In this document: positions 9,742 through 21,098 of the stretch, piece by piece
Position numbering within the stretch: position 1 is the first letter of the stretch
Layout of the letters: the number at the start of each line of letters is the position of its first letter
From: Escherichia phage EC128
DNA: 64,000 nt
Sequence record: ON210139.1
Strand: one strand, 5' to 3'
Program-made: the position numbers and the translations under genes
The notes under the pieces: generated by a model
The model's database searches: none
Seen by the model: only the letters and a program-made list of their open reading frames with translations
Told to the model about the DNA's origin: nothing

Positions 9742-10020
9742 ATGATTATTGATTCTCAGTCCGTGGTTCAATATACAATCAAAATTGATATTCTAGAAAA
9801 GCTATATAAGTTTCTACCAAATTTATACCACTCAATTGTCAATGAATTAGTTGAAGAACTACATCTTGAGAATAATGATTTCTTAATTGGAACTTATAAA
9901 GACCTCTCAAAAGCAGGATATTTCTACGTAATTCCAGCTCCAGGAAAAAGTATTGATGATGTATTAAAAACTATAATGATTTATGTCCATGATTACGAAA
10001 TTGAAGATTATTTCGAATGA
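9742..10020 (+). CDS. arn: Arn anti-restriction protein (inhibitor of McrBC)
   Basis: 92-aa acidic ORF with SD GGGGAAGG; recognised as T4 Arn. Confidence 0.9.
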   Translation: MIIDSQSVVQYTIKIDILEKLYKFLPNLYHSIVNELVEELHLENNDFLIGTYKDLSKAGYFYVIPAPGKSIDDVLKTIMIYVHDYEIEDYFE

Positions 10021-10169
10021 GTCATAATCTTGAAAAGGTAATCGAGCATAATGTAGCTCAGGAACGTGAGTCGTTCAAGGAATTCGTAGAAAAAATTTTT
10101 GAAGAAAATAACACAGACCAGTTTACAAATCAAGCGTCTGATGATATTATAACAAAGTCAACTAATTGA
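10017..10169 (+). CDS. hypothetical small protein (50 aa)
   Basis: ATG overlapping the arn stop; below the ORF-track cutoff. Confidence 0.3.
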   Translation: MSHNLEKVIEHNVAQERESFKEFVEKIFEENNTDQFTNQASDDIITKSTN

Positions 10170-10181
10170 GTGGTATAGTTA

Positions 10182-10454
10182 ATGAATAAAAACATTGATA
10201 CAGTTCGTGAAATTATTACTATTGCGTCTATTTTGATTAAATTTTCCAGAGAAGATATTGTTGAGAATCGTGCTAATTTTATTGCATTTCTGAATGAGAT
10301 TGGAGTAACACATGAAGGTAGAAAGTTAAATCAGAATTCATTCCGTAAAATTGTTTCTGAATTAACCCAAGAAGATAAGAAAACCCTCATCGACGAATTC
10401 AACGAGGGTTTTGAGGGTGTATATCGATATCTAGAGATGTATACAAACAAATAA
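10182..10454 (+). CDS. asiA: AsiA anti-sigma-70 factor
   Basis: 90-aa ORF; recognised as T4 AsiA. Confidence 0.95.
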   Translation: MNKNIDTVREIITIASILIKFSREDIVENRANFIAFLNEIGVTHEGRKLNQNSFRKIVSELTQEDKKTLIDEFNEGFEGVYRYLEMYTNK

Positions 10455-11111
10455 TTATTTAGCCCTTCCTAATATTCTGGCCGCCTGAGAACATATTGAT
10501 TCAAGGCGGTCATTACTTATATGATCATTTCTATACCAGTACATGGTTATCGTTCCAGCATAGATATTATCCAAATTAAAATATGGACAACTGTACATGT
10601 AGTTTATTTCGGGAGTAGGCTTTTTAGTTGGTAAAAAAGCAAATTTTGAGTCAGAATAATAATGACGTCCATTTAAATGAACTGCATATTCATCCATAGT
10701 TTTATCAACAGGATATCCTCCAAGTGGTTTTTCACTTATTGTTGAAGGTAATTTTCCTTCATATGCTATAATATCAACAAAATAGTTTAAGTTTTTAGGG
10801 CGGAAAGAATACACCGCACTAAAGTCTGCCTCAGATGATATATGAACTATCTGGAGTTGTTCCAGGGCGACAGATTCAAAGCGTGCATTTCTTTCCTTTT
10901 CAATAATTTCACTGTATGTTTCATACTTTGATTGCTTATAGTACTCAAAGAAACTATCTCCCCTATACCAAACAATCGCCATCATAAATAAAAGAATTAC
11001 GACAGCTACCCGGGAAGCAAGAACTTTCCCGGTAGCGTTATCTTTGAACAAGCGATCTAGAACACCAAATAGAATATCAGAGGGCGAAAATGATATTCTA
11101 GGTGCTGCCAT
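10455..11111 (-). CDS. t: holin T
   Basis: 218-aa ORF with N-terminal TM segment and large periplasmic domain; SD AAGGAGGG; convergent with asiA. Confidence 0.95.
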   Translation of the reverse strand: MAAPRISFSPSDILFGVLDRLFKDNATGKVLASRVAVVILLFMMAIVWYRGDSFFEYYKQSKYETYSEIIEKERNARFESVALEQLQIVHISSEADFSAVYSFRPKNLNYFVDIIAYEGKLPSTISEKPLGGYPVDKTMDEYAVHLNGRHYYSDSKFAFLPTKKPTPEINYMYSCPYFNLDNIYAGTITMYWYRNDHISNDRLESICSQAARILGRAK

Positions 11112-11128
11112 AGACCCTCCTTTTAAGG

Positions 11129-11136
11129 ATATTTAT
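11129..11136 (-). promoter_or_regulatory. late promoter (TATAAATA) for t
   Basis: TATAAATA on the - strand about 20 nt upstream of the t start. Confidence 0.5.
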
Positions 11137-11156
11137 ATGCTGAGAGGTATTACCAT

Positions 11157-11930
11157 TTAAATCCAGGAACCGTAGATCGTGCCTGTTGCACCCCATGATG
11201 GTGAAGAACCGAATACCGCTCTACCTGGAGCACCACCGCCGGATCTAGATAAGTGATTACCCCATCCATCTCCACCCCGACCTCCAGCATCACCGCCATT
11301 GCCTCCGCCGAATTGGGAAGTGTAACCGGCACCGCCCGGGGCGTCATAACTAGCATTACCACCCGGCCAATTAACGCCGCCTCCGCCGATGCCAAATGGT
11401 CTACCACCACCGCCACCTGCTGTAGCATTTGGCGCCCAGCTATTCTGTAATGACACTGCACCACCACCACCGCCGCCTGATGCAATAACGCCATAGTTCC
11501 AAATACGAAGTCTTCCGCCGATATCATTTTGGATTACATCGCCGCCATTTGTGCCTGGGTTTCCGTTTACAGTACCGTTACCACCTCGTCCCCACATATG
11601 AACTCCACCATGAATATTCAAAGTAACATATTCATTTGGTGTATCTCCGTACATGAAGAATAAAGGAACATCTTTAGAATATGATACTAAATCTCCGGTG
11701 ATATTAAACACTATAGGTGCACTACCTGCCTCAAAACATCTATCTCGGAACCATTGACCATTGAAGTTATGGTCTGCTCCAAGTGTATGAATAATTTCTC
11801 TTGAGCGACCTGCAAATTGACTCATCCAGCAAGGAACACCCAATCTTAATCGTTGGGCCGCGCCACCCATCCAATTTTGTCCTGTATTAACTACTGCAGA
11901 CGATCCTACCCACGGTCCTGTTACTGCCAT
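11157..11930 (-). CDS. 38: gp38 tail-fibre adhesin, T2-type (glycine-rich motifs flanking variable segments)
   Basis: 257-aa ORF from ATG ([11 protein letters not shown]) with SD GGAGG; multiple poly-Gly blocks; longer than the 183-aa T4 gp38. Confidence 0.8.
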   Translation of the reverse strand: MAVTGPWVGSSAVVNTGQNWMGGAAQRLRLGVPCWMSQFAGRSREIIHTLGADHNFNGQWFRDRCFEAGSAPIVFNITGDLVSYSKDVPLFFMYGDTPNEYVTLNIHGGVHMWGRGGNGTVNGNPGTNGGDVIQNDIGGRLRIWNYGVIASGGGGGGAVSLQNSWAPNATAGGGGGRPFGIGGGGVNWPGGNASYDAPGGAGYTSQFGGGNGGDAGGRGGDGWGNHLSRSGGGAPGRAVFGSSPSWGATGTIYGSWI

Positions 11931-11961
11931 ATAAACCTCCAAGGGGCCGAAGCCCCTCTTA

Positions 11962-14900
11962 TTATTTTAACAATGATTTAACTAATGCTTTAAGTTCTTC
12001 AATTTCTGATTTAAGTTCTGCAATTTCTGCAGTATGCTCATTGATTGCAGCTGTATTTAAACCAATTACACCGTTATAGTTCAAACGAAGTAAAGCTTCG
12101 CCATCAGGGTCACCTTCAACTAATTCTGGTAAAATAGCTTGAACTTCTTGAGCAATTAAACCGGCGTTAGGTTCCCATTTCTGATTGCCTTCTTCATCTA
12201 GGCCTCGCTTCTGCATATAAGTGTAACCATTAATTTTGGAAAGCTTCTGAGAAGCATTTTCAAATTTAACAAGGTCTTTTTTAACACGAATATCAGAACG
12301 GACATAAACATCTCGAACAAACGTTGAATAACTATCATTTGCCTGAACGAGATGCCCATGAGAAACGATAGCTCTTCCAACTTCTGTCCAAAAAGCACCG
12401 GTTGAATCCCAAAGCCCAGGATGAGATTGATAGCCTGCTCCCCAGTTTGCAATATGTATACCATTGGCAACCATATTGATTCGGCCGTCACCACCATGAA
12501 CTAATCCGGTGTCATTATCACCAATAACGAGACATGGTCCAGTCCACACTGGGTCGCCACCGCCAGCCGATAATCTTGCTCCGGTTTGAACCATGTTAGG
12601 AACATACATAACTCCATTGTGGTGAAATTCATAGATAGCTTGTTGGTCGGAACCGTTTTCCTGATTACCTACACGGATAATACCTTGTGCCCATATATTA
12701 GGGGTACGGCGCATACCAAAATCAACGCCAGATATGTATCCTTCATTCGTAATAGCAGATTTTCCTTTAATAATAGGATAATAACTATCATTACCAACAT
12801 TACCAAAATCTACAAATATCGGAGCTTCTTGTCGCCATTGGTTTCCCCAATCGCCAGCCTGGTGCGCAGTCCATTGTGTACCGTTTATATGAAGGCGGTC
12901 TCTATTAAAATTAAATGTTCCTTGACCTTGAGGAGAAAGCGATATTTCGCCATTATTTGTTATGTATACACCACCCTGTGTAATGTAACTGTAAAAACCT
13001 AGACCGTTGTCGCCGCCACCTTTGCCTATATACCAGTTATTTGTACCACCTACATCACTACGGATATGTGATGAAGCACCTCCGCCAGCAGTTAAAACAA
13101 GAGCATCATTGCCTGCTGATAAAGTCAATTTACCAGTCATCGTGTCGCCTTCTTTAGAAACACGAGTAGCTATTGCATCGCGAATATTTGTGGTTTCTCC
13201 CGCAGAAGTAAACGATTTCCAAATATCTGAGAAAATATTACCATTACGAGCAATAGTAGCTTCACCGCCGCCGACTTGAACGTTATCGGGGAAATTAACT
13301 GTACCGTCTTGATTAAAACGAGACGTATGGCCTTGTGAACCATCTTCTTTTAAATGATGTAAAACAAATGTACCCGAATTAATTTCAGTACCTAAAGACC
13401 AAACAGCTTTACTGTTTAAAAACTTCTGTTTAACAATAGGATAATATTTACTTACTGCGTCATCATCGATTTCCTGGAAAATAGGAGCTGCTTGAACATA
13501 TTGAATATCATAACCACCAGCGCCAGCGCCGTGACCAGTAAATTTAATATAGCCGTTTGCTGCGAACGTATTGTAACTTGATTGTAAATCTGGAATAGTA
13601 ACTTTACCGGTATCTAAAGCCATACTAAACGGGCGAAGTGGACCGATATCGCCGTGTTTACCTTCACCGTAAGCAGTTGGAATAATATGAAGACTACCTT
13701 CTGAACGTCTAAAAATGGCTCCATAATCATTATTCCAAATACGAAGCGCATTCACAGCCCCAGATGAAATTTCGCCTGTTGTGTGAACTCCCCTATCTCC
13801 AGCAGTAACACCAGATGATTCAAATGAACCGTTAACGTTCATTTCTACTTCACCTGTTGTAAGTCTTTGAATATAGCTCATCCAACTAGTTGCATCAGAA
13901 ATTTCCATGACATTTTTACGATTACCTACATTAGGATTAGTAAACGTATTGCCCCAAACGGAAATTGTCATATTATCAACTGAACTAGCTCCGGTCGTGT
14001 TACCTCTAAACATCAGTGTAGAAGAATTATTTCTACCATCGATATTAACAGAACCGCCAATAACATCAATATTACCTGGAGTAACTAACAAACCGCCGTG
14101 AGTATTAATGTTTGTGGTACCCTTGCCGCGGAAATAATGATGATAGTTACCGCCTTGATAATATCCTAAAAGAGTCTGACCATCTCCAAACGCGTTATTA
14201 TCGTGATATGTCACGACAGTAGCGAGAGCATAGTTTTCAGTTGGAGGAGTAGTTAAATCGGTTCCGTTAGTAGAATATCCAGCTACAAATTTTCTTAGGC
14301 TAGTTGTTTCGCTGGGACTAAATAAAAATGTTCTTGTTCCATTGTTTACTGTATGAAAATATCCGTCCTGATGCCATTTTAGCCCGGTGTCATTATCACC
14401 AAGAGCAATTGAAGCAGTCCCTAATTCAGAGTATCCTTTAGAGCCACCCGGAAGACCTACAGAAATAGAATGACCGGCTTTCAATCCACCGGCCCAGTTA
14501 AACGACCAAAGATAAGTGTCTAAGCCATCTCCGGAATACCAGGTTATTCCGTCATTAACATTAACTTCGTGGAAAATACCTGCTCCTACAGCATTTCGCA
14601 TAACACGGAGGTGGTTAATAGCCGTTTCGCCTTCTGCCATTGGAGTGTTATTTGATAATGAATAGATATCATAATCGCCTGTCTTCTTCCCATTTGTAAT
14701 AACTTTATCGGTCAGAATTTGTGGAGACGAAATAGATTTCCATGCTGATACTTCAGGTGAAGTAAATAGGCCACTGCCTGAAAATGCATAAGTGCTTTCG
14801 TTACCAGCGGCGTAGTCTTGAACCCTGATATTAAGTACTTGTGTAGTTAAACCATCATTAGCCGGGGCATAAATGATTCCACGTTCGCGGCTATTGTTAT

Positions 14901-15273
14901 CGAAAAAACGAACATGCGCTGTACCTGAGCTTTTTGTAATAAGTTCTCCGCCCTCGGTCATAATTTGCCCGGCGGCAATAATATCGCGAGTTACTCGAGC
15001 AATACCAGTTAAATTAAAATTACCTGTCTGAGTGAAGACGCCATTTAAAGTATAATCGCCAGTTTGGTTATAATTGCCTGTATGAATAACATTCCCGTCA
15101 ATACTACCGCCTTTAGCAAAACCTAAATCAATAATATTTCCTTGGTCATCTTTAGTAAAAAGTACACGGTCTTTTAAGTTTATAGCCAATTCACCTTCGG
15201 CTAATACTGAAGCGGCAGGACGTGCTCCTGCAGTTTTGCTTCTTTTAAATTGTATTTGTTTTAAAGTAGCCAT
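11962..15273 (-). CDS. 37: gp37 long tail fibre distal subunit
   Basis: 1103-aa ORF; position and fibre-like repeats; C-terminal GLIAQEV...PELV motif resembling an intramolecular chaperone domain. Confidence 0.9.
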   Translation of the reverse strand: MATLKQIQFKRSKTAGARPAASVLAEGELAINLKDRVLFTKDDQGNIIDLGFAKGGSIDGNVIHTGNYNQTGDYTLNGVFTQTGNFNLTGIARVTRDIIAAGQIMTEGGELITKSSGTAHVRFFDNNSRERGIIYAPANDGLTTQVLNIRVQDYAAGNESTYAFSGSGLFTSPEVSAWKSISSPQILTDKVITNGKKTGDYDIYSLSNNTPMAEGETAINHLRVMRNAVGAGIFHEVNVNDGITWYSGDGLDTYLWSFNWAGGLKAGHSISVGLPGGSKGYSELGTASIALGDNDTGLKWHQDGYFHTVNNGTRTFLFSPSETTSLRKFVAGYSTNGTDLTTPPTENYALATVVTYHDNNAFGDGQTLLGYYQGGNYHHYFRGKGTTNINTHGGLLVTPGNIDVIGGSVNIDGRNNSSTLMFRGNTTGASSVDNMTISVWGNTFTNPNVGNRKNVMEISDATSWMSYIQRLTTGEVEMNVNGSFESSGVTAGDRGVHTTGEISSGAVNALRIWNNDYGAIFRRSEGSLHIIPTAYGEGKHGDIGPLRPFSMALDTGKVTIPDLQSSYNTFAANGYIKFTGHGAGAGGYDIQYVQAAPIFQEIDDDAVSKYYPIVKQKFLNSKAVWSLGTEINSGTFVLHHLKEDGSQGHTSRFNQDGTVNFPDNVQVGGGEATIARNGNIFSDIWKSFTSAGETTNIRDAIATRVSKEGDTMTGKLTLSAGNDALVLTAGGGASSHIRSDVGGTNNWYIGKGGGDNGLGFYSYITQGGVYITNNGEISLSPQGQGTFNFNRDRLHINGTQWTAHQAGDWGNQWRQEAPIFVDFGNVGNDSYYPIIKGKSAITNEGYISGVDFGMRRTPNIWAQGIIRVGNQENGSDQQAIYEFHHNGVMYVPNMVQTGARLSAGGGDPVWTGPCLVIGDNDTGLVHGGDGRINMVANGIHIANWGAGYQSHPGLWDSTGAFWTEVGRAIVSHGHLVQANDSYSTFVRDVYVRSDIRVKKDLVKFENASQKLSKINGYTYMQKRGLDEEGNQKWEPNAGLIAQEVQAILPELVEGDPDGEALLRLNYNGVIGLNTAAINEHTAEIAELKSEIEELKALVKSLLK

Positions 15274-15281
15274 AAGTCCTC

Positions 15282-15938
15282 TTAATAATAGCCGAAATCT
15301 TGAACAGAATCCTTAATAACAATTTGATCAAATCGTGGAACATGTGAGGGTTGAGATGCAGGATTCTGTGAAAAAAGGTTTGGCGCAGTTAAATTTCCTG
15401 TCATAGTGTCTCCAGAGCGTAATACCCTAGAGTTTGCGTTTGCTGTAACAATATTTATTGCTCCATCAACATAATCTTTCCGTGTAAGGTCATAATTATT
15501 TACTGGAGATAATGAAGTTGCGCGTATTTGTGATGCTTCAATTACACCCTTTGAGCTAATATCTCCATTTCGCGTGTTAATTACTACAGTTCTACCCGCT
15601 GAACCCTGTGATGATTTAAAACCAATACCATACCACGAAACAATATCCATATTTGTAGTATCATACGTGGCACTATCACCAGGACCAGCAAAAATACCGT
15701 TATCGCCTGACCCTGCGCCAGGAACAGTCATTCCTTTATTAAAAATTACTTTATTTAAATAAGTACCGCCATTAGCTTTAGAAACGAAATCGTTATCAAC
15801 AGCTTGTGGCTTATTATATTCTGAATATATTTTATATGATTTATAGAGTACATCGTCACCGGCTGGATTCAATGGAAAATTTCCTTGATGCCAAATGACA
15901 GAGCCTCCGGTTGTTGAACCTACTTTTAAATCAGCCAT
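15282..15938 (-). CDS. 36: gp36 long tail fibre hinge connector
   Basis: 218-aa ORF immediately upstream of 37. Confidence 0.9.
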   Translation of the reverse strand: MADLKVGSTTGGSVIWHQGNFPLNPAGDDVLYKSYKIYSEYNKPQAVDNDFVSKANGGTYLNKVIFNKGMTVPGAGSGDNGIFAGPGDSATYDTTNMDIVSWYGIGFKSSQGSAGRTVVINTRNGDISSKGVIEASQIRATSLSPVNNYDLTRKDYVDGAINIVTANANSRVLRSGDTMTGNLTAPNLFSQNPASQPSHVPRFDQIVIKDSVQDFGYY

Positions 15939-15961
15939 TGTATGCCCCTTTATTTTAATAG

Positions 15962-15969
15962 TATTTATA
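15962..15969 (-). promoter_or_regulatory. late promoter (TATAAATA) upstream of gene 36
   Basis: TATAAATA on the - strand between the gene 35 terminator and the gene 36 start. Confidence 0.5.
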
Positions 15970-15977
15970 AAGAAAAA

Positions 15978-15995
15978 GGGAACCCGAAGGCTCCC
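15978..15995 (-). terminator. terminator hairpin after gene 35
   Basis: GGGAGCC-TTCG-GGTTCCC on the - strand followed by a T-run. Confidence 0.5.
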
Positions 15996-16000
15996 TCAAT

Positions 16001-17116
16001 TTAAACTTCTCTAAATTCTTGTCCAAACACTTTACCAGTTTTAGACGATGCTTGTGTAGGAAGTACCATTATATCTGGAGGTGAAGCAGATTCACAGACA
16101 TAATTAACTCGAATACCATTGACGCCAAATTCTGCAGGTTTTGAAATTCCGCCATTTCTTGATACTTCAGAAAAACTTAAATTCCTCATGCCACCTTGAC
16201 CTGCCTGTGCAGTTCTTTGTGCATATATCGTAAATCCTACCGCATTTTCAGGAACAACTACATAGTCTTCCTTTAATTCCCATGACCCAGCTTGACCAGT
16301 AAACTCAGCATGTGTTGAAGAAATATATCCATTCGATTCATCATAAAAACGGATAGATATATTTGTAGTTCCAAGCGCAAGTAAATCGGCATCAGCATAT
16401 AGCTGTGTTTTAAGATAAAGAACATCTCCAGGAATTAAATTATAATCAGATAATTTACTTATCGCGGATGAAGTTGGTAAACGTGCAATTTCGTTATTAG
16501 TTCCACCAACCGCTGACATAAATTGCTCAACGCTTTCATACGTTCTTCTTGGAAACCCGGTAGCTCCAACGTCTTCTAAACTATCAAATACAACATCTAA
16601 AATAGTTTGATAATCATCTGTGCTTTTTCTATTACTTAGTTTAACATGTTCTAATGCAATAGCTCTTTTAGAAGAAGTATAAAAGGCAGCATATGATACG
16701 TCAAATCTTGACAATATAGAATCAGATGGAAAAGCAGACGTTCCGGCGGTTCTTAACCAAGATACTACTTCAGGAGGAAAATTAACCTTTCCGCTAGTTA
16801 ATATAGCAACAATTCTATTATTCGTCAAAGAATTCATGAAACTAACAAAAGCAGCTGATGTAGTATCATTTGAAGTAGAAAAAGCATATGACTTACTATC
16901 AACTAATGCTCCTGTAGAAGGATCAAAAACTCTTAAATGAAGACCTGCGCTAAATGTTTGATTTCCTACAGGATTATCCTGAAATTTAACGTATGGTCCT
17001 GCTGTAGAAAGCGGGCAAGAACCCGCTATACTTATTTTATATCTTACTGAATTGCTTTCCGATAAAAATGGCGTTTGGACGTATCCTTGTCCAAACTCTG
17101 CCATAAATTTTTCCAT
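16001..17116 (-). CDS. 35: gp35 long tail fibre hinge (proximal-distal connector)
   Basis: 371-aa ORF; SD AAGAGGT. Confidence 0.9.
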   Translation of the reverse strand: MEKFMAEFGQGYVQTPFLSESNSVRYKISIAGSCPLSTAGPYVKFQDNPVGNQTFSAGLHLRVFDPSTGALVDSKSYAFSTSNDTTSAAFVSFMNSLTNNRIVAILTSGKVNFPPEVVSWLRTAGTSAFPSDSILSRFDVSYAAFYTSSKRAIALEHVKLSNRKSTDDYQTILDVVFDSLEDVGATGFPRRTYESVEQFMSAVGGTNNEIARLPTSSAISKLSDYNLIPGDVLYLKTQLYADADLLALGTTNISIRFYDESNGYISSTHAEFTGQAGSWELKEDYVVVPENAVGFTIYAQRTAQAGQGGMRNLSFSEVSRNGGISKPAEFGVNGIRVNYVCESASPPDIMVLPTQASSKTGKVFGQEFREV

Positions 17117-17124
17117 AATACCTC

Positions 17125-20100
17125 TTATTCAACCCATTCAAATTTAACCGTTTTATTCACTGGGTCAGGAACAATGCGAACATTACCAATTCGTAAGAAA
17201 TCACGAATAGTAAGATTACCCATTATAGCATTATCAGATGGTAAAGCACCAATATCAGACGGTTGAGGAGGGTTACCTCCGTCAAATACCTGAACAAAAC
17301 TTGACCAAGAGTTTTTGGTTTTCTGCCATGTGCGTGTCCAACGAGTGGTACGCGCTTCTGGTGTCGTTGGATAAGTAATCCAATCTTGGTAAAGCGAATC
17401 AAGTGTGTTACCAAACTGAGTCAATGTACCAGGAGATTTAACCTCTTCACCACGTTCTAAGTATGGAAGTCCAGTCACTTCATTAGTTTTTTCAACCATT
17501 TTAAAATAACCCGGGAACTGATTATAAGTGGCTGAATCGTTAATATCAATTGACCAGAATCCTACAGTATCAGTTGTTGGTGCGCGGGTATATAAATCAG
17601 ATGTTTTAGTACCCTGAGAACGAATTCTCGAGTTAACAGTCAAACCGCCTGAATTTATAGTAGCACCTTTGGCAATGATTAAGCTTTCGCCAATCGTTAC
17701 TTGGCCAGATGCATTATTAATAGCTAAAGGACGTAATCCATTAAATCCACCAGTCTGATCACCCGATGCAGTAAGCATAAAATTCGTTACTGATCCATCA
17801 TTGCGAACAATGAAACCATAATTTCCGCTAATAGCACGGAAAGCATTTGCGCTTCGAGAAATAATTTCACCAGTTGCAGTGACTGAATTACCAAATGTTG
17901 CTACACCATTTGCATTCAATGTTCCTGAAGCATTAACATTTATAGGTGTTACTGTACCGTTGATATTAAATGTTATATTTCCAGCTTTATTGCGCTGAGA
18001 ATAAAAATGATTAGACGTTTCATCACTAACTTCAAATACGGTAGAACGTGTTGTGTCTGATTCCCCGCTAAATTGATTTCCCCACACTCTGACTGTCATC
18101 GTTTGAGCCGGGTTTGTTCCAGTTTGAGGTCCTTTCTCAAAAATCAGACGAGTTGCCGTTCCAGTATTAGAAATAGTTAATGTACTATTTGCTGAAACTG
18201 ATCCACCGAATGTAGCAGTACTAGATGATACAAGAGGGGCACTCAGATTCGTTTGTTGTGTTAAGGTTAGTGAACCATTAACTGTCTGCGCAATGTCCCT
18301 ACGAATGAACTGAGATGAATCTAGACCATCCAATAAATTACTATCTACAGCTTTTGCTTTTAATGGCAAATAATTTGCTAATACACGGTTTAATTCATAT
18401 GGCGATACTGCATAACTATTTTTCTCGTATAATTCTAATGACTGCGTTGAACCAACTGTATCATTACCAACGAATGTAATTGAACCAGATGAAGTTTTAA
18501 CAAAACCTCTTACCAGAGTAGTAGCTGCCCAAGTAGGTTCACTCTGCACAATCCATTTTAAATTTTTTGGAGATACAGCAGTATTTGCTGACGTTCCAGC
18601 TACAGTTTCAGACTGAGTTGCAACTTTAATAACACCTTCTTGCGATTCGGTAGATTTAGTACCTAAAAGCTTTTTAGGAGTTATTAAAACATTATCTAAT
18701 GTTCCTGCAGCAGCTTCAACTTGTGTAGCTACACGAAGTGTACCACGCTGTGTCTCATTTGCTTCAAGAATATTAAGGGTATAATGGTCCCAGAGAGTTC
18801 CTGATTCAACTAATCCAGATAGAGCAACAACAGAAGTACGATCAGTACTATTAAATCTGGTTTTAATTTTTAATGGTGTAGAGATACGAGTATCGTCGAC
18901 GCCTGCGTCGAATTCAACTTGTGTGGCAATTTCAGCTATACCACTTAAACTTTCAGTTGCTTTACGGTCATTTAAAGTTTTAGGAGTGACTGCACGAGTA
19001 TAATCAGTTCCTGTATTAACTTCACTTTGCGTAGCAATTTCAATTAAACCAATTCTTGCATCAGTTGATGTCTTTTTATGTAACGTTTCTGGCGTTACAA
19101 CCGCATTTGCCCATCCTTCTTGGCTTTGTCCAGCAATTACTTCACTTTCAACTGCTAAAATTACTGCACCTTGCTGTGTTGGAGTAGCTTTATACTGATC
19201 CAAGGCTTTAGGTGAAACAACTAAGTTATTAGTGTTTTTATTATAAACATTTGTACCATTTAATTCACGGCTAGAAGCTGGAGTAGCACCTGCAGTAGAT
19301 ACAAAAGTTACAATACCAGATAATGATTCAGAACCTTGTCGAGCTTGAAGCTTTTTAGGAGTGATGATTGTAGCATCATCAGTACCTGCATTAGTTTCTT
19401 GCTGCGTAGCAATTTCAGCAACACCTCTACGAGTTTCTGTGGCAGTTCTTTCATTCAGCTTTTTAGGAGTGACGATAATATCATCAGCAAAAGAGAATGT
19501 AGTATCCTGGTTCACTTGGGCAGTAGTTGCTATTCTTGCGATACCTCTACGAGTTTCTGTAGCAGTACGGTTAGCTAATGTTTCTGGTGTAATTGCTAAT
19601 TCTTTTTGCGGAGAATTTTCTAAATCAGCATTTGCTTGAGCTTGTGTAGCTAAAGCTATTACGCCTAATCTTGCTCTAGTAGAATCATTTAAAGAATCAA
19701 CTCTTTCAACTGTTGGAACGTTTTGTTGTATAACCCAGTATTTTCCGTCAGAATCTTCTATATAAGCAAGCTGTAAAACTGGAACATAATTAGTTTCGCC
19801 GTTAAAAACTAATTCTTGAACAGTCACCCATTTAGTTTCAGGCGGATATTCTGAACGTTTTGGGAATTGCAGCAATTGAACTGAAGAAGCAATTTTATCT
19901 TCACCGGCAGCTTTGATTTTAACTGTTTGTCCTTTTCTCATATAATTCATGGAAATTTTAACAGTATCACCAATAGAAATATCAGTTGGAAGCTGAAGTT
20001 CAATTGTTTGGGTTGTTCCGTTATTCGCTCCAAATACCATAACTTCTTCATTTGGACGAATACTAGAATTAGTTGTTATAATACGTAAACGTGCTTTACT

Positions 20101-20994
20101 ATCCCCGTCAAACAATCTCCACAATTTTTCATTATCATCATACATTAAGAAACCATCAATCGATGTACGACCTTCAATAGAATGAGTTCCATCTTCTTGT
20201 ATTGAAGTAGTTTCATCGTATGTAGTAACAATTGTATGATAAAGTGGATTTAGTTTATCTAAATCGACGAAATTAATAATATCGCCATGATTAGCAAATC
20301 TCGGAAGTTTAATATTAATCGGCGCAGCGGAAGTAAATCTACGCACGATAAAATCGTTAGATTGCGCCTGATAAAGACTTGCCGGTGTTACAACTACAGC
20401 TTCTCTGCTATAATCAGCAACGTACATTTGCCACAGACGATTACTAAAAATTAAAACTATCTGTGATTTTGGATGAGTCATTAGTACTGATCGTACTTGC
20501 TGACCTCTAAAATTTACAATGCTTTGCACCGGAGCTGTAATTAAAACTTGGTTAACACCAGGTTTTCCTCCAATGTCTTGGAGAACGATAGTATCTCCAT
20601 CAATTGGGGAAGATGGTAAAGTAAATGTAATGTCATTACCAGCTGCAGTATCAACTGAAATTGATTCGCCTGACTTTAATTGATAAGGTCCTGATGAAAC
20701 AGTTGTCCAATTAGCATCAGTACGTAATGCTCTCCAGCGTACGCTATTAAAAGCTCCTGCTGGTTTTGGAATATCATTTATAGCAGCCCAAAAGCGGTTA
20801 TCATAAATGATTACAAAATCTTTTAAATATCCACGAGTTGGATCGTATTGTTGAACTGTGTTTTCTTGAATTAGGTAATCAACGTTAACACCGTCAGTTC
20901 CTACGGTACGATCAGCTAAAGCTACGTTGATTATTTTATCACCACCTGCGTCCAGACCATCTTCTGCTCTGAACTTTCTTTTAATCTCGGCCAT
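17125..20994 (-). CDS. 34: gp34 long tail fibre proximal subunit
   Basis: 1289-aa ORF; internal ~40-aa repeats; SD AGGAG. Confidence 0.95.
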   Translation of the reverse strand: MAEIKRKFRAEDGLDAGGDKIINVALADRTVGTDGVNVDYLIQENTVQQYDPTRGYLKDFVIIYDNRFWAAINDIPKPAGAFNSVRWRALRTDANWTTVSSGPYQLKSGESISVDTAAGNDITFTLPSSPIDGDTIVLQDIGGKPGVNQVLITAPVQSIVNFRGQQVRSVLMTHPKSQIVLIFSNRLWQMYVADYSREAVVVTPASLYQAQSNDFIVRRFTSAAPINIKLPRFANHGDIINFVDLDKLNPLYHTIVTTYDETTSIQEDGTHSIEGRTSIDGFLMYDDNEKLWRLFDGDSKARLRIITTNSSIRPNEEVMVFGANNGTTQTIELQLPTDISIGDTVKISMNYMRKGQTVKIKAAGEDKIASSVQLLQFPKRSEYPPETKWVTVQELVFNGETNYVPVLQLAYIEDSDGKYWVIQQNVPTVERVDSLNDSTRARLGVIALATQAQANADLENSPQKELAITPETLANRTATETRRGIARIATTAQVNQDTTFSFADDIIVTPKKLNERTATETRRGVAEIATQQETNAGTDDATIITPKKLQARQGSESLSGIVTFVSTAGATPASSRELNGTNVYNKNTNNLVVSPKALDQYKATPTQQGAVILAVESEVIAGQSQEGWANAVVTPETLHKKTSTDARIGLIEIATQSEVNTGTDYTRAVTPKTLNDRKATESLSGIAEIATQVEFDAGVDDTRISTPLKIKTRFNSTDRTSVVALSGLVESGTLWDHYTLNILEANETQRGTLRVATQVEAAAGTLDNVLITPKKLLGTKSTESQEGVIKVATQSETVAGTSANTAVSPKNLKWIVQSEPTWAATTLVRGFVKTSSGSITFVGNDTVGSTQSLELYEKNSYAVSPYELNRVLANYLPLKAKAVDSNLLDGLDSSQFIRRDIAQTVNGSLTLTQQTNLSAPLVSSSTATFGGSVSANSTLTISNTGTATRLIFEKGPQTGTNPAQTMTVRVWGNQFSGESDTTRSTVFEVSDETSNHFYSQRNKAGNITFNINGTVTPINVNASGTLNANGVATFGNSVTATGEIISRSANAFRAISGNYGFIVRNDGSVTNFMLTASGDQTGGFNGLRPLAINNASGQVTIGESLIIAKGATINSGGLTVNSRIRSQGTKTSDLYTRAPTTDTVGFWSIDINDSATYNQFPGYFKMVEKTNEVTGLPYLERGEEVKSPGTLTQFGNTLDSLYQDWITYPTTPEARTTRWTRTWQKTKNSWSSFVQVFDGGNPPQPSDIGALPSDNAIMGNLTIRDFLRIGNVRIVPDPVNKTVKFEWVE

Positions 20995-21029
20995 TCTCCC
21001 GGGCTCCTATTGTGTTTTCAATAATAAGT

Positions 21030-21037
21030 ATTTATAC
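21030..21037 (-). promoter_or_regulatory. late promoter (TATAAATA) for gene 34
   Basis: TATAAATA on the - strand upstream of the gene 34 start. Confidence 0.5.
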
Positions 21038-21041
21038 TTGT

Positions 21042-21070
21042 TTACTTTAAGATTCGGATGGTATATAATA
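21042..21070 (+). promoter_or_regulatory. early promoter for rnh
   Basis: GTTTAC, 17-bp spacer, TATAAT. Confidence 0.55.
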
Positions 21071-21098
21071 GAAATCTCACTAATTGAACGAGGTTCAT

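Noticed and set aside
11253-11527. GC-rich stretch with ORFs on both strands inside gene 38, considered as possible foreign DNA or a repeat array
   Set aside because: The GC richness comes from GGN glycine codons of the adhesin glycine-rich motifs; the 65-aa and 125-aa ORFs are shadow frames.
12586-13279. + strand ORFs of 138 and 90 aa inside gene 37
   Set aside because: Antisense to a long, well-supported structural gene, with no SD and low-complexity translation; shadow ORFs.
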